Shown here: piece after piece, positions 1-8,904 of the stretch
Position numbering within the stretch: position 1 is the first letter of the stretch
Layout: every line of letters begins with the position of its first letter
Source of the DNA: Candidatus Aminicenantes bacterium
GTDB lineage: Bacteria > Acidobacteriota > Aminicenantia > Aminicenantales > JAFGBC01
Reading direction: 5' to 3'
NCBI GenBank assembly: GCA_963702005.1
Contig: OY969696.1
Span: forward strand, 3,168,001-3,232,000
Length of the DNA stretch: 64,000 bases
Translations under genes and position numbers: made by a program
The notes under the pieces: model-generated
Told to the model about the DNA's origin: nothing
What the model saw: the letters and a program-made list of their open reading frames with translations, nothing else
Database searches by the model: none

Positions 1-2
1 TG

Positions 3-551
3 GAGGAAGTTTTCTGCGCCAACGATTGCTGTTGCCTGTACCGCCGAGAAATGTTGAACGATATCGGTCTCTACGATCCCGATTTTTTCATCTATGCGGA
101 TGAGACCGATATGGGCTGGCGGCATCAGTTGGCCGGATGGAAATGCATCTACACGCCGAGGGCGATCGCCTACCATGCTCATTCAAGCGCGGCCGGGACC
201 TATTCCGATTTCAAGGCCTATCATGTCGAGCGCAACCGCATCTATCTGTGTTTGAAATACTTTCCAATTCGAATGCTGATCGCCAGTTTCTTCGCGGCCT
301 ACCGTTACGGCTGTCAAGTCTGGGCGGCGCGCAAAGGGCGGGGTTCGCTGGCGAAATATCGTGAACACTCTTCCCTGGGCCGCGGCTTGAGGCTTCTTTT
401 CAAGATCCATCTTGACGCATTCCGAATGGCGCCGGTGATGCTGCGGCGGCGGCGAGACTACCGGTCCATTCGCCGCATATCGAACAACGATATTAAGGCC
501 TTGTTCCGCCGTTATGGAATCACGGCGCGTGAAGCGGCGCGTTATGAGTAG
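3..551 (+). CDS. Glycosyltransferase family 2, C-terminal part (5'-truncated by the window edge)
   Basis: The frame is open from the window start: EEVFCANDCCCLYRREMLNDIGLYDPDFFIYADETDMGWR...YHAHS...ERNR, a typical GT2 (WbbL/RfbF-like) 'G.FD..FF.Y.E..D' region. Confidence 0.85.
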   Translation, partial: EEVFCANDCCCLYRREMLNDIGLYDPDFFIYADETDMGWRHQLAGWKCIYTPRAIAYHAHSSAAGTYSDFKAYHVERNRIYLCLKYFPIRMLIASFFAAYRYGCQVWAARKGRGSLAKYREHSSLGRGLRLLFKIHLDAFRMAPVMLRRRRDYRSIRRISNNDIKALFRRYGITAREAARYE

Positions 552-569
552 GCCGAAGGAGTTTGGAGG

Positions 570-1712
570 ATGGCCATGATCCAGATTTTCTCGAACACGC
601 TGGGGGAGGAAGAGCTCCAAGCCGTCGCGGAAGTATTCAAGACCAAGTGGGTCGGCAAGGCCAAGCAGAGCGACGAATTTGAGCGCGAATTCGCGGCGCA
701 TCTGCGCGTGCCCCAAGTCCTGCTGCTCAACAATTGCACGGCGGCCATTTACGTGGCGCTGCGCGCCCTGGGCATCGGTCCCGGCGACGAAGTCATCATC
801 TCAACCGTCAATTTCGTGGCCTGCGCCAACGCGGTGATTGATCTGGGCGCCAGGCCGGTGTTTGCCGATGTCGATCCGCGGACCCTCAACATCCTCCCCG
901 GCGAGATTGAGCGGTTGACGACCAAGCAGACGAAGGCCGTGATCATTCTGCACTACGGCGGGCATCCCGGCCCGATGGATGATATTCGCGCCGCCTGCAA
1001 GGAGGGCATCGCCATTGTCGAAGACAGCGCCAACGCGATCAGTTCTTCCTACAAAGGCAAGATGTGCGGGACGCTCGGCGATGCGGGATTCTTCAGTTTC
1101 GATGCCATGAAGATTTTGGTGATGACGGATGGCGGCGCGCTCTACCTGCGCGATGAGGAAGCGCTCCAGCGAGCGAAGATTTACCGCTACTTAGGGCTTG
1201 CCCCCAAGACGACGTCGGGCAAGGATGCCCTGGGGCAAAAGGAAACGCGGTGGTGGGAGTATGAATTGGCGTCCACCTCCGGACGCTTTATTTCGAACGA
1301 CGTCATGGCGGCGATCGGACGGGTCCAATTGAAAAAGCTGCCCGGTTTCATCGCGCGGCGCAAGCAAATCTGGGAATACTATCAGCGCGAACTCGCCCGG
1401 GAACCGGGTCTCGTCTGCCCGCCCGAGCCGCTGCCGGATACGACGGCATCGTATTATCTGTACTGGGTCCAGCTGTCAAAGGGCAGGGACGCGCTGGCAC
1501 AGTATTTGGCGGACAACGGCGTGTACGCGACCTTTCGCTATTTCCCCCTGCATCTGGTGAAGTATTACGGCGCCCGCTGCGAATTGCCGAACTCGGAGTG
1601 GGTCAGCGAGAGTACGCTCAACCTGCCCTTGCATCAAAACCTGTCGGACGATGATGTCCAAAAGATCGTTGAATTGGTCAAGCGCTTCTTGACGTCCGGG
1701 AGGCCGCGATAA
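570..1712 (+). CDS. DegT/DnrJ/EryC1/StrS family PLP-dependent sugar aminotransferase
   Basis: Motifs NNCTAA, GPGDEVI, VEDSA, FSFDAMK (PLP lysine) and LNLPLH; GGAGG RBS. Confidence 0.93.
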   Translation: MAMIQIFSNTLGEEELQAVAEVFKTKWVGKAKQSDEFEREFAAHLRVPQVLLLNNCTAAIYVALRALGIGPGDEVIISTVNFVACANAVIDLGARPVFADVDPRTLNILPGEIERLTTKQTKAVIILHYGGHPGPMDDIRAACKEGIAIVEDSANAISSSYKGKMCGTLGDAGFFSFDAMKILVMTDGGALYLRDEEALQRAKIYRYLGLAPKTTSGKDALGQKETRWWEYELASTSGRFISNDVMAAIGRVQLKKLPGFIARRKQIWEYYQRELAREPGLVCPPEPLPDTTASYYLYWVQLSKGRDALAQYLADNGVYATFRYFPLHLVKYYGARCELPNSEWVSESTLNLPLHQNLSDDDVQKIVELVKRFLTSGRPR

Positions 1713-2323
1713 TGACGGTTCCCGACGTCAACAAGGCCGAAGCGGCTCTCCGTTCGGAGGGATCCGGATGGGTCAAGAATGAAGGCGAGGGATTGCGCTG
1801 GGCGCGGCATTCCGACCTTCCGTGTATCGTCGATATGGCGATCGAGGCATTCGAGTGGTCATACGATGCCGCGCGACTCCAACATCTGTGGAGCGAAAAG
1901 CCGGAATTGAATATTTTTGTCGTTCTGGAGCACCAACAGGGGGTCGTGGGCTTCATGGAAGTGTTTTGGAAAAAAACCAAATGGCGCCCGCCGACGGGAA
2001 TCCCGATGAAAATATGGTTTCACGAATGGCTGGCCCACAAGCTGCTTTGCGACCGGCGTTACAGCAAGGATGGCCCCTATATTTTCCTGATCGCACGCCA
2101 TTCCGCTGCGCCAAGAGGCGTCGGCGCCATGATGGTGAGAGAGCTTCAGAAGCACCATGATGTTGTCTCGGTTATGTACGACCGTAGGAATAGACAGTTG
2201 GACGTCTACTATCGGGACTTGGGATTCTCCGAACGAAGAAATCCTCTTCCGTTGGCCCTGGGGCGAATGATCGATCGCAAGTATGTTTATGCCCAGTGGC
2301 GCGCAAACGCGAATCCAAAATGA
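1712..2323 (+). CDS. Hypothetical protein, divergent GNAT-like acyltransferase
   Basis: Start overlaps the upstream stop (TAATG). VVGF strand, RGVGAMMVREL (acetyl-CoA motif A-like) and N...YYRDLGF (motif B-like). Confidence 0.55.
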   Translation: MTVPDVNKAEAALRSEGSGWVKNEGEGLRWARHSDLPCIVDMAIEAFEWSYDAARLQHLWSEKPELNIFVVLEHQQGVVGFMEVFWKKTKWRPPTGIPMKIWFHEWLAHKLLCDRRYSKDGPYIFLIARHSAAPRGVGAMMVRELQKHHDVVSVMYDRRNRQLDVYYRDLGFSERRNPLPLALGRMIDRKYVYAQWRANANPK

Positions 2324-2378
2324 CTTTGGATTGGAACCGTCTGTTGACTGGAGGACTGGAATTTCAAGGAGGAAGACC

Positions 2379-2909
2379 ATGAAAAAGCTGGCGACTGTAC
2401 TGGGAATTTCTTTTTTAGCCGTCTTGACCGCGGCCCTGGGGTGCGGCCTTTTCGCTCAAGCTACAACGAAATACCTTTCGATCAGCCCCGGAACCTTTAG
2501 GCCCATCAATTGGGACCAGATGGCCGTGCTGATGTGGTCCGGCACGGACGACGAATTCAATTTTGATACCGGCGCTACAGGAGTCTTCGAGGCCGTCGCC
2601 CCCGTATATCTGCCTCAGGGGGCCATCATCAAAAAGTTGACGGTTTACTACACGGTCAACGGCACGCACTCGAATGACTTTTTTGATGCCGTTCTCACCC
2701 GCCGTAAATTGGCCACGGGGGGGAATGGAGCCTTAGCCAGCATGACAACGCAAGCGGTCTCGCCTTCAAACGTAAGAAAATATGCCGAGGTTTTGATCAC
2801 AAAGAATAACAAAGTCGACAATCAGAACTACAGCTATTCTATCAGGCTGTTCTTCCATTCAGGAAACATTTACGTAAGATTCAACGGGGCTGTGATCGAA
2901 TACGAATAA
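2379..2909 (+). CDS. Secreted hypothetical protein (beta-rich)
   Basis: AGGAGG RBS before the ATG at 2379; signal peptide MKKLATVLGISFLAVLTAALGC. Confidence 0.75.
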   Translation: MKKLATVLGISFLAVLTAALGCGLFAQATTKYLSISPGTFRPINWDQMAVLMWSGTDDEFNFDTGATGVFEAVAPVYLPQGAIIKKLTVYYTVNGTHSNDFFDAVLTRRKLATGGNGALASMTTQAVSPSNVRKYAEVLITKNNKVDNQNYSYSIRLFFHSGNIYVRFNGAVIEYE

Positions 2910-2928
2910 TCTTTCAAAAGAAAAAACC

Positions 2929-5067
2929 TTACTTCATAAGCTTCGTGACGAAGCCGTCCCAGTAGCCGCCCGCGTAGCCGGCCTGGTACGGATTCAAGAG
3001 AGGAATGTCCCGGCTGTTCGTATAGCCGGCCAGATAGATCCCGCCCTTGCCGTCGATCGCCAACCCGGAAATGGCGTCCGAGTAGGATCCCCCGAAGAAC
3101 GTTGAAAGGACGAGGCTCCTCCCGTCCGGCGTGAACACGGTCAGGAAACCGTCGGTCGTCCCGGTCCTGACGCTTTTATAGGCGTCCTTGACCGGGAAAT
3201 ACTGGCTGTAGGTCTCCCCCGCCACGTAGGCCCTTCCCTCCGCGTCGACCGCGAGGTCGTAAGGAGTGTCCCAGCCTTCCCCTCCCAAATACGTCGAGTA
3301 GACGAAATCTTTTCCGTCCGGGGCGATCTTAGTCAGGAAGGCATCAATCCCGCCCTTTCGGGTTTTCCTAAACGCGTTTTTAACGGGGAAGTTCCCGAAG
3401 GTATAGCCCGTCAGATAGGCGGCGCCCTTGCCGTCAACAGCTACCCCGGTTCCGGAGTCCATGTTGGGTCCCCCTAGGTAGCTGGCATAGATGAAGGAGT
3501 CCCCGGCCGGAGCCAGTTTGACGATGAAAGCATCCATCCATCCGCCCCCGTATTTTTTCTGAATGGCGTTCTTGACCGGGAAATTCAGGTCCGCCGTCGT
3601 GCCGACGGCGTAGACGGCTCCCGCGCTGTCGACAGCCAAGTCGGCAATATTATTCATCCGGCCGGACAGGCCGAACTTCTTGGAATAAATCTTGTTCTTT
3701 CCGTTGGGCTCAAACTTCGAGATGAAGATATCGCCGTTTCCTCCGATAGCCGGCCTATTGACGGGACTATCAGCAATAAATCCGAAGGTGCTCACCCCTC
3801 CTCCCAGGTAAATTGTTCCCTGGGAATCCAGAGCAACGGCCGACAGGGTTTCCTCTCCCGTGCCGCCATAATAGGACGAGAAGACCAGGCTTTTTCCGTT
3901 GGGAGCCAGCTTGAGGAAGAAGCCGTCCTGCCATCCGCCGCCGTAGGTATCCTGATAAGCGTTTTTGACGGGAAAATGTTCGCTGCTGGTGCTGCCGACG
4001 AGGAAAGCGGCCCCCGAGGGATCGACCGTGAATCGGCCGGCTCCCCCTCCCTCGGACATAATAACCACCAAGAAGGAATTGAGAGCGCCCCTGCCCGCGG
4101 AGCCCGCCTTGGCAAAGACGCCTTGATTCCCGGCGTTATTTCTCAGGATCATCATCCCGAAGCCGACGGGGAAGAAGGCGGAATAGACCAATTGCTTGCC
4201 GTCCGGAGAGAACTTGGTGATGAACGCGTCCCCTCTGGGAAATTGGGCCCTGACAGGGGGAAAATCCATGCTGTCCGTGTAGCCCGCAACATAGACGGCT
4301 CCGGATGCGTCCACGGCGACGGAATTCGCCTCATCGTAGTCTCGCCCGCCCAGGAAGCTCGAAAAGACGAGGACCAGGGGGTCGATGACAAGCTCGCAAT
4401 TCCTGTCATACGGCCCCAGCTTGAAGCCGTAAACGCCGTCGCTAATCGGAATAAAGTTTATCGCAACGTCCGCTTTCCGCCCCTGGATGACCTGATAAGC
4501 CGTCGGCTTCCGGTGCTGGATCTCCCCCTTGTCGGTCTTGACCACAAGATTCCCGTTCCCATCCAGCCTCGTCACCGTGTCTGCCGCATACCCGAACCGG
4601 ATCAAGGTCGGATCGGCGCCGGCCTTGACGATCCAGTCGTACTCCACAACCTTACCGGTGCCGTAGAGCTTGAGGTCGATCCCCTCGTAGAGCCCTTTAT
4701 AAAGGGCCGCCTTCGAGGTCGGGATCCCGGTATGCCAGTCCCGCTCATCTCGTCCGTAGAAGTAGCTTACGATATAATCCGTCGGGTCCAACGCCGATAC
4801 TTCGGCATCGGACCGGGCGCCCGGAAACGTCATCCCGGTTTGGTCGAACCGGAGCCCCTGTCGAGTCAGCCACAGCGTGTACTCGGGCGTCTTGGCGTAG
4901 AAGAGAGCTTCCGGGTCCGCCTGCCCTTGGTTGGCGATAAAATAGAGCGGAACCTGACCGAATCCGGTCTCGGGCCTGACCTGGGAGGCCTGTCCCCGCC
5001 CCGCCATTGAAACGATAGCCGCCCAGAGCGCAAGGCCGACCACGGAAAAGACAACGATTTTTTTCAA
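2929..5067 (-). CDS. Secreted SBBP-repeat beta-propeller protein with conserved N-terminal domain
   Basis: Signal peptide; PLYFIANQGQ...LYEGIDL...EYDWIV...LVIDP N-domain; repeated YSxYLGG...AVD..G..Y..G.T.S..FP units; AGGAGG RBS before a TTG start. Confidence 0.9.
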   Translation of the reverse strand: MKKIVVFSVVGLALWAAIVSMAGRGQASQVRPETGFGQVPLYFIANQGQADPEALFYAKTPEYTLWLTRQGLRFDQTGMTFPGARSDAEVSALDPTDYIVSYFYGRDERDWHTGIPTSKAALYKGLYEGIDLKLYGTGKVVEYDWIVKAGADPTLIRFGYAADTVTRLDGNGNLVVKTDKGEIQHRKPTAYQVIQGRKADVAINFIPISDGVYGFKLGPYDRNCELVIDPLVLVFSSFLGGRDYDEANSVAVDASGAVYVAGYTDSMDFPPVRAQFPRGDAFITKFSPDGKQLVYSAFFPVGFGMMILRNNAGNQGVFAKAGSAGRGALNSFLVVIMSEGGGAGRFTVDPSGAAFLVGSTSSEHFPVKNAYQDTYGGGWQDGFFLKLAPNGKSLVFSSYYGGTGEETLSAVALDSQGTIYLGGGVSTFGFIADSPVNRPAIGGNGDIFISKFEPNGKNKIYSKKFGLSGRMNNIADLAVDSAGAVYAVGTTADLNFPVKNAIQKKYGGGWMDAFIVKLAPAGDSFIYASYLGGPNMDSGTGVAVDGKGAAYLTGYTFGNFPVKNAFRKTRKGGIDAFLTKIAPDGKDFVYSTYLGGEGWDTPYDLAVDAEGRAYVAGETYSQYFPVKDAYKSVRTGTTDGFLTVFTPDGRSLVLSTFFGGSYSDAISGLAIDGKGGIYLAGYTNSRDIPLLNPYQAGYAGGYWDGFVTKLMK

Positions 5068-5303
5068 GCGATCCTCCTATTCCCGACTCAATTCCTTAAT
5101 GTTTTATCTTATATTGATTTTCTCCTCCCTGTCAAGCGAAAGCCCGTTTGGGACGTCGCCAAGCCCGGACTCGGGAATTCGGTCCAAAGACGCGACGATA
5201 ATGTATTGCCAATTTCCCGCTTTTTTTGGTATCGTATGATACTCGAACCGAGCGGACGACGCGCCGCGGCGGAATTCGTGGAAATATTTTGCAGGGAGTG
5301 CCG

Positions 5304-7358
5304 ATGAAAAAGACGCTGGGCGAGGCTTTCACCAAACCCAAGATGTTTTCCAGGAGCAAGCTGTTCCGGACCAAAACCCTGGACCAGTGCATGGAGGACT
5401 CCGAACGCCCCGAGTATCAGCTCAAACGGGTCCTGGGCCCGTTCCAGCTGATCCTGTTCGGGATCGGCGCCATCATCGGCGCCGGCATTTTCGCCACGAT
5501 CGGGACGGCCGCGGCCGGCGACGCCTACCGGCCGGGCGCCGGACCGGCCTTGATGGTCTCCTTCGTCATCACGGCCATCGTCTGCAGCTTCACGGCCCTC
5601 TGCTACGCCGAGTTCACCTCGATCGTGCCCATCTCCGGCTCGGCCTATACCTATTCCTACGCGACGCTGGGCGAGATCGTGGCCTGGATCATCGGCTGGG
5701 ACCTGATCATCGAGTACGCGGTGGGCAACATCGCCGTGGCCATCTCCTGGGCCAACTACTTCAAGACCTTTCTCAAAGGGTTCAACATCATCGTCCCCGA
5801 CTGGCTGTCGATGGACTATCGGACCGCGGCCAAAATCGTGGACTCGGCCGGGGTCAAGATCGTCTACCGCAACGCCCCCCACGTCTTCGGCTTCCCCATC
5901 ATTTTCAATTTGCTGGCCGTCGGGATCGTGACCGTCATCACCATCATCCTGGTCTGGGGAATCCGGGAGAGCGCCCGCTTCAACGCCATCATGGTCGGGA
6001 TCAAGATCACCGTCCTGACCTTCTTCATCATCATCGGCTTTTTCTGGGTCAAGCCGGCCAACTGGACGCCGTTCGCCCCCAACGGCTGGGCGGGCATCAG
6101 CGCCGGGGCGGCCATCGTCTTTTTCGCCTATATCGGTTTCGACGCCGTCTCGACCGTGGCCGAGGAGACACGGGACCCCAAACGCGACCTTCCCATCGGC
6201 ATCATCGGATCGCTCATCGTCTGCACGATCTTCTACATCGTCGTCTCGGCCGTTTTCACCGGCCTGATCTCCCATCCCGAACTCAAGCTCAAGCTGGCCA
6301 CCGAACAGGCCGAGCCCCTGACCATGGCCCTCCAGCACGCGGCGCCCAATTTGGGCTGGGCGGTCGGCATCGTGGCTTTCGGTTCGGTCATCGCCCATAC
6401 GGCCGTCCTGCTCATCTTCCAGCTGGGCCAACCCCGTATTTTCTTCAGCATGTCCCGGGACGGCCTCCTTCCCAAGACCTTCAGCCGGGTTCACAAGCGC
6501 TTCCGGACTCCCCATGTCGCCACCATCCTGACGGGCATATTCGTGGCCGTGTTCGCGGCCGTGGCCAGTATCGACGAGATGGTCGACCTGACCAACATCG
6601 GAACGCTGTTCGCCTTCATCCTGGTCTGCGCCGGGATCATCGTCCTGCGCAAGACCGACCCGACGAGACCCCGGCCGTTTAAGGTGCCGAGCGGTTGGCT
6701 CTGGAGCGGCCTCATGTTCGCCGCCCTGGCCGTGGCCATGATCTTCTTCATCCCGGGGTCGCCGATTACTAAGATCATTGTCCTGGCCGCGGCGGCCATA
6801 GGTTTCTCCGTATTCCGGAACCATCTCTTCCCCGTCCTGGGCATCCTGTCCTGCCTGTATTTGATCTTCTATCTCCCGCCCACCTCCTGGTTGAGGTTCG
6901 CGGCCTGGCTCAACTTCGGCTTCCTGATTTACGTCGCCTTCGGTTCGATCCACAGCCGTCTGATGTCGAGCGACATGAAAAAGCGAAGCCCCGAACATCT
7001 GGCCTATACGGCCCGGCTGGGAGTCATTCTCCTCATAATCGGCGACGCCATGCTGTTCCTGATGCGCGGATTCGACCTCTACCGCACGGCCCAGAGGAGC
7101 CTTGGACAACTGGCCGGCTGGGAGCGGTTCACGACGGCCCTCCACCAAACTTTGCAGGCCAAGCTCTGGCTGGAGATGTCTTGGTTCCTGGTCATCCCCC
7201 TGGCCTTGAACGCCCTGGTCCTCTGCCCGCTCATCATACGACGGGCATCCCAGGCCAACAGCCAATCCGAAGCCGATCAGCGCTCCCGGGGGGCTTATTA
7301 TGTGGCCGCCGTCGTCGCGGTGCTGAGCCTCATCTACCTGGCCGCCGTGATTTTTTAA
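5304..7358 (+). CDS. APC-superfamily amino acid permease (cationic amino acid transporter-like) with C-terminal membrane extension
   Basis: Motifs GIGAIIGAGIF, GSAYTYSY, FFAYIGFDAVST and PRIFFSMSRDGLLP; GGGAG RBS before the ATG at 5304. Confidence 0.93.
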   Translation: MKKTLGEAFTKPKMFSRSKLFRTKTLDQCMEDSERPEYQLKRVLGPFQLILFGIGAIIGAGIFATIGTAAAGDAYRPGAGPALMVSFVITAIVCSFTALCYAEFTSIVPISGSAYTYSYATLGEIVAWIIGWDLIIEYAVGNIAVAISWANYFKTFLKGFNIIVPDWLSMDYRTAAKIVDSAGVKIVYRNAPHVFGFPIIFNLLAVGIVTVITIILVWGIRESARFNAIMVGIKITVLTFFIIIGFFWVKPANWTPFAPNGWAGISAGAAIVFFAYIGFDAVSTVAEETRDPKRDLPIGIIGSLIVCTIFYIVVSAVFTGLISHPELKLKLATEQAEPLTMALQHAAPNLGWAVGIVAFGSVIAHTAVLLIFQLGQPRIFFSMSRDGLLPKTFSRVHKRFRTPHVATILTGIFVAVFAAVASIDEMVDLTNIGTLFAFILVCAGIIVLRKTDPTRPRPFKVPSGWLWSGLMFAALAVAMIFFIPGSPITKIIVLAAAAIGFSVFRNHLFPVLGILSCLYLIFYLPPTSWLRFAAWLNFGFLIYVAFGSIHSRLMSSDMKKRSPEHLAYTARLGVILLIIGDAMLFLMRGFDLYRTAQRSLGQLAGWERFTTALHQTLQAKLWLEMSWFLVIPLALNALVLCPLIIRRASQANSQSEADQRSRGAYYVAAVVAVLSLIYLAAVIF

Positions 7359-7408
7359 ACGGGATCGCAGCCCCTCGACGGTTAGACGGTTAGAAGGATA
7401 GGGCGATA

Positions 7409-8845
7409 ATGTTCAGAGATACGGTCTATCTGATCCTCGGCCAGTCCGTCCTGGTCGGCTCGAGCTATGCCGTCCATATCCTGGTCGCCCGGACCCTCGG
7501 CCCGGCCGATTACGGCTTGTTCGGCGTTGTTTTATCCATCCTGGCCGTTTTCGAAGTCTTCCTGGCCCGAGGCGTCCGCGACACGGTCACCAAGTACGTC
7601 GCCGAATGCCCGGACCGGGCCGGAACCATCCTCAAAAAGGGATTCGCCCTCGAGTCCGTCCTGGCCGGCGGCTTCTTCGTCGTCTTCCTAGCCTTGGCCT
7701 CTCCCCTGGCGGCCCTCTTCCATGACCCTCGTCTCCTGACTCCGCTCCGGATCGCTTCCCTGGCCATTCTGGCCATGTCGGCTTTTTCCCTCTTTATCGG
7801 CTATCTGAGCGGGGTGGGCCTATTCGGTAAAAACTCCCTGTCCATGATCGCCCACGGCGCAGCGAAAGTGGCGGCCGTCACGGCCATCCTCTTCCTGGGC
7901 GGCGGGATCAACGGGGCCATCGCCGGCTACATTCTATCCTTTCTGATCGGCACCGCCGTCGCCGCTTGGTTCGTATCCGAAACGGAACGGCCGGGCGGCT
8001 TCTTCCCGATTTCGCTGATGATCCGGTTTTCGACGCCTCTCATCCTGTTCGCGGCCGCCTCGACCCTCCTCCTGAACCTCGACATCCTGTTCGTCAAGGC
8101 CCTGGTCAGGTCGGCCGATGAGGTCGGCTACTATATTTCCGCCTCCTCCCTGACCAAGGCGCCCTACCAGGTCCTGTTCGCATTCAGCTTGACGCTCCTT
8201 CCGGCCGTATCGAAGTCCAGCGCGGCCGGAGACGCGGAGCGGACGGCCCTTCACATCAGGCAGTCCTTGCGGTTCCTGCTGCTCCTCCTCATCCCCCTCT
8301 GTTTTATGATGAGCGGGCTCGCCCGTCCCATCGTCGAAATCGTCTACTCGGACGCGTTCCGGGCGGCCGCCGGCCCGCTCCGGATCCTCATCTTCGGGAT
8401 CGGCTTCATCTCCCTTTTCTACAACCTGGCTTCGGCCATCACCGGGAGCGGCCGCCCCAGAGTCGCCTTGGCCATCGCGATCGGAGCCCTGCCCCTGGCC
8501 GCGATCCTGAACATCCTGCTCATCCCCCGCTATGGATTGGAGGGGGCCGCCATGTCCACGACGGTCGCCTGCGGAGCGGCCCTGGCCGCAAGCGTCATTT
8601 TCCTAAGAAGGACGGTCGGGCCGGTCCTGGAAGTCCGGACTTTGCTGAGGATCCTCCTCGCCGCCTCGTTCATCCTGCCGGCCGGAGCGCTCTGGCCATA
8701 CACGGGCTGGATCTCCGTACCCTTCGCCCTGGCTCTCGGCGCTATCTACCTTGTACTTCTTCGAGTCTTGGGCGAGGTCGGGCATGAAGACTGGGTTCTC
8801 GTCAAGGATGTCCTCTCCCGTCTCCGCCTCCGGCGAACCTTCTAA
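7409..8845 (+). CDS. Wzx-like oligosaccharide flippase (polysaccharide biosynthesis/MOP family)
   Basis: ARTLGPADYG, VGYY.SA and LNILLIPRYGLEGAA motifs; about 14 hydrophobic segments. Confidence 0.88.
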   Translation: MFRDTVYLILGQSVLVGSSYAVHILVARTLGPADYGLFGVVLSILAVFEVFLARGVRDTVTKYVAECPDRAGTILKKGFALESVLAGGFFVVFLALASPLAALFHDPRLLTPLRIASLAILAMSAFSLFIGYLSGVGLFGKNSLSMIAHGAAKVAAVTAILFLGGGINGAIAGYILSFLIGTAVAAWFVSETERPGGFFPISLMIRFSTPLILFAAASTLLLNLDILFVKALVRSADEVGYYISASSLTKAPYQVLFAFSLTLLPAVSKSSAAGDAERTALHIRQSLRFLLLLLIPLCFMMSGLARPIVEIVYSDAFRAAAGPLRILIFGIGFISLFYNLASAITGSGRPRVALAIAIGALPLAAILNILLIPRYGLEGAAMSTTVACGAALAASVIFLRRTVGPVLEVRTLLRILLAASFILPAGALWPYTGWISVPFALALGAIYLVLLRVLGEVGHEDWVLVKDVLSRLRLRRTF

Positions 8846-8866
8846 TCGCCGCCGGGACCGCGATGC

Positions 8867-8895
8867 TTTACACGCCCCCGACCGGATGTTAAGAT
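8867..8895 (+). promoter_or_regulatory. Putative sigma70 promoter, near-leaderless
   Basis: TTTACA-17-TAAGAT with an extended TG; the -10 ends 9 nt before ATG 8905; no Shine-Dalgarno. Confidence 0.45.
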
Positions 8896-8904
8896 GGCCG
8901 TCGG

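Noticed and set aside
5109-7265. Long antisense or alternate-frame ORFs (for example 5109-7265 -, 18938-21406 +, 23470-25554 -, 16935-18638 +, 48382-49815 +)
   Set aside because: These are shadow ORFs opposite well-supported genes, expected in high-GC DNA; they have no motifs or RBS.
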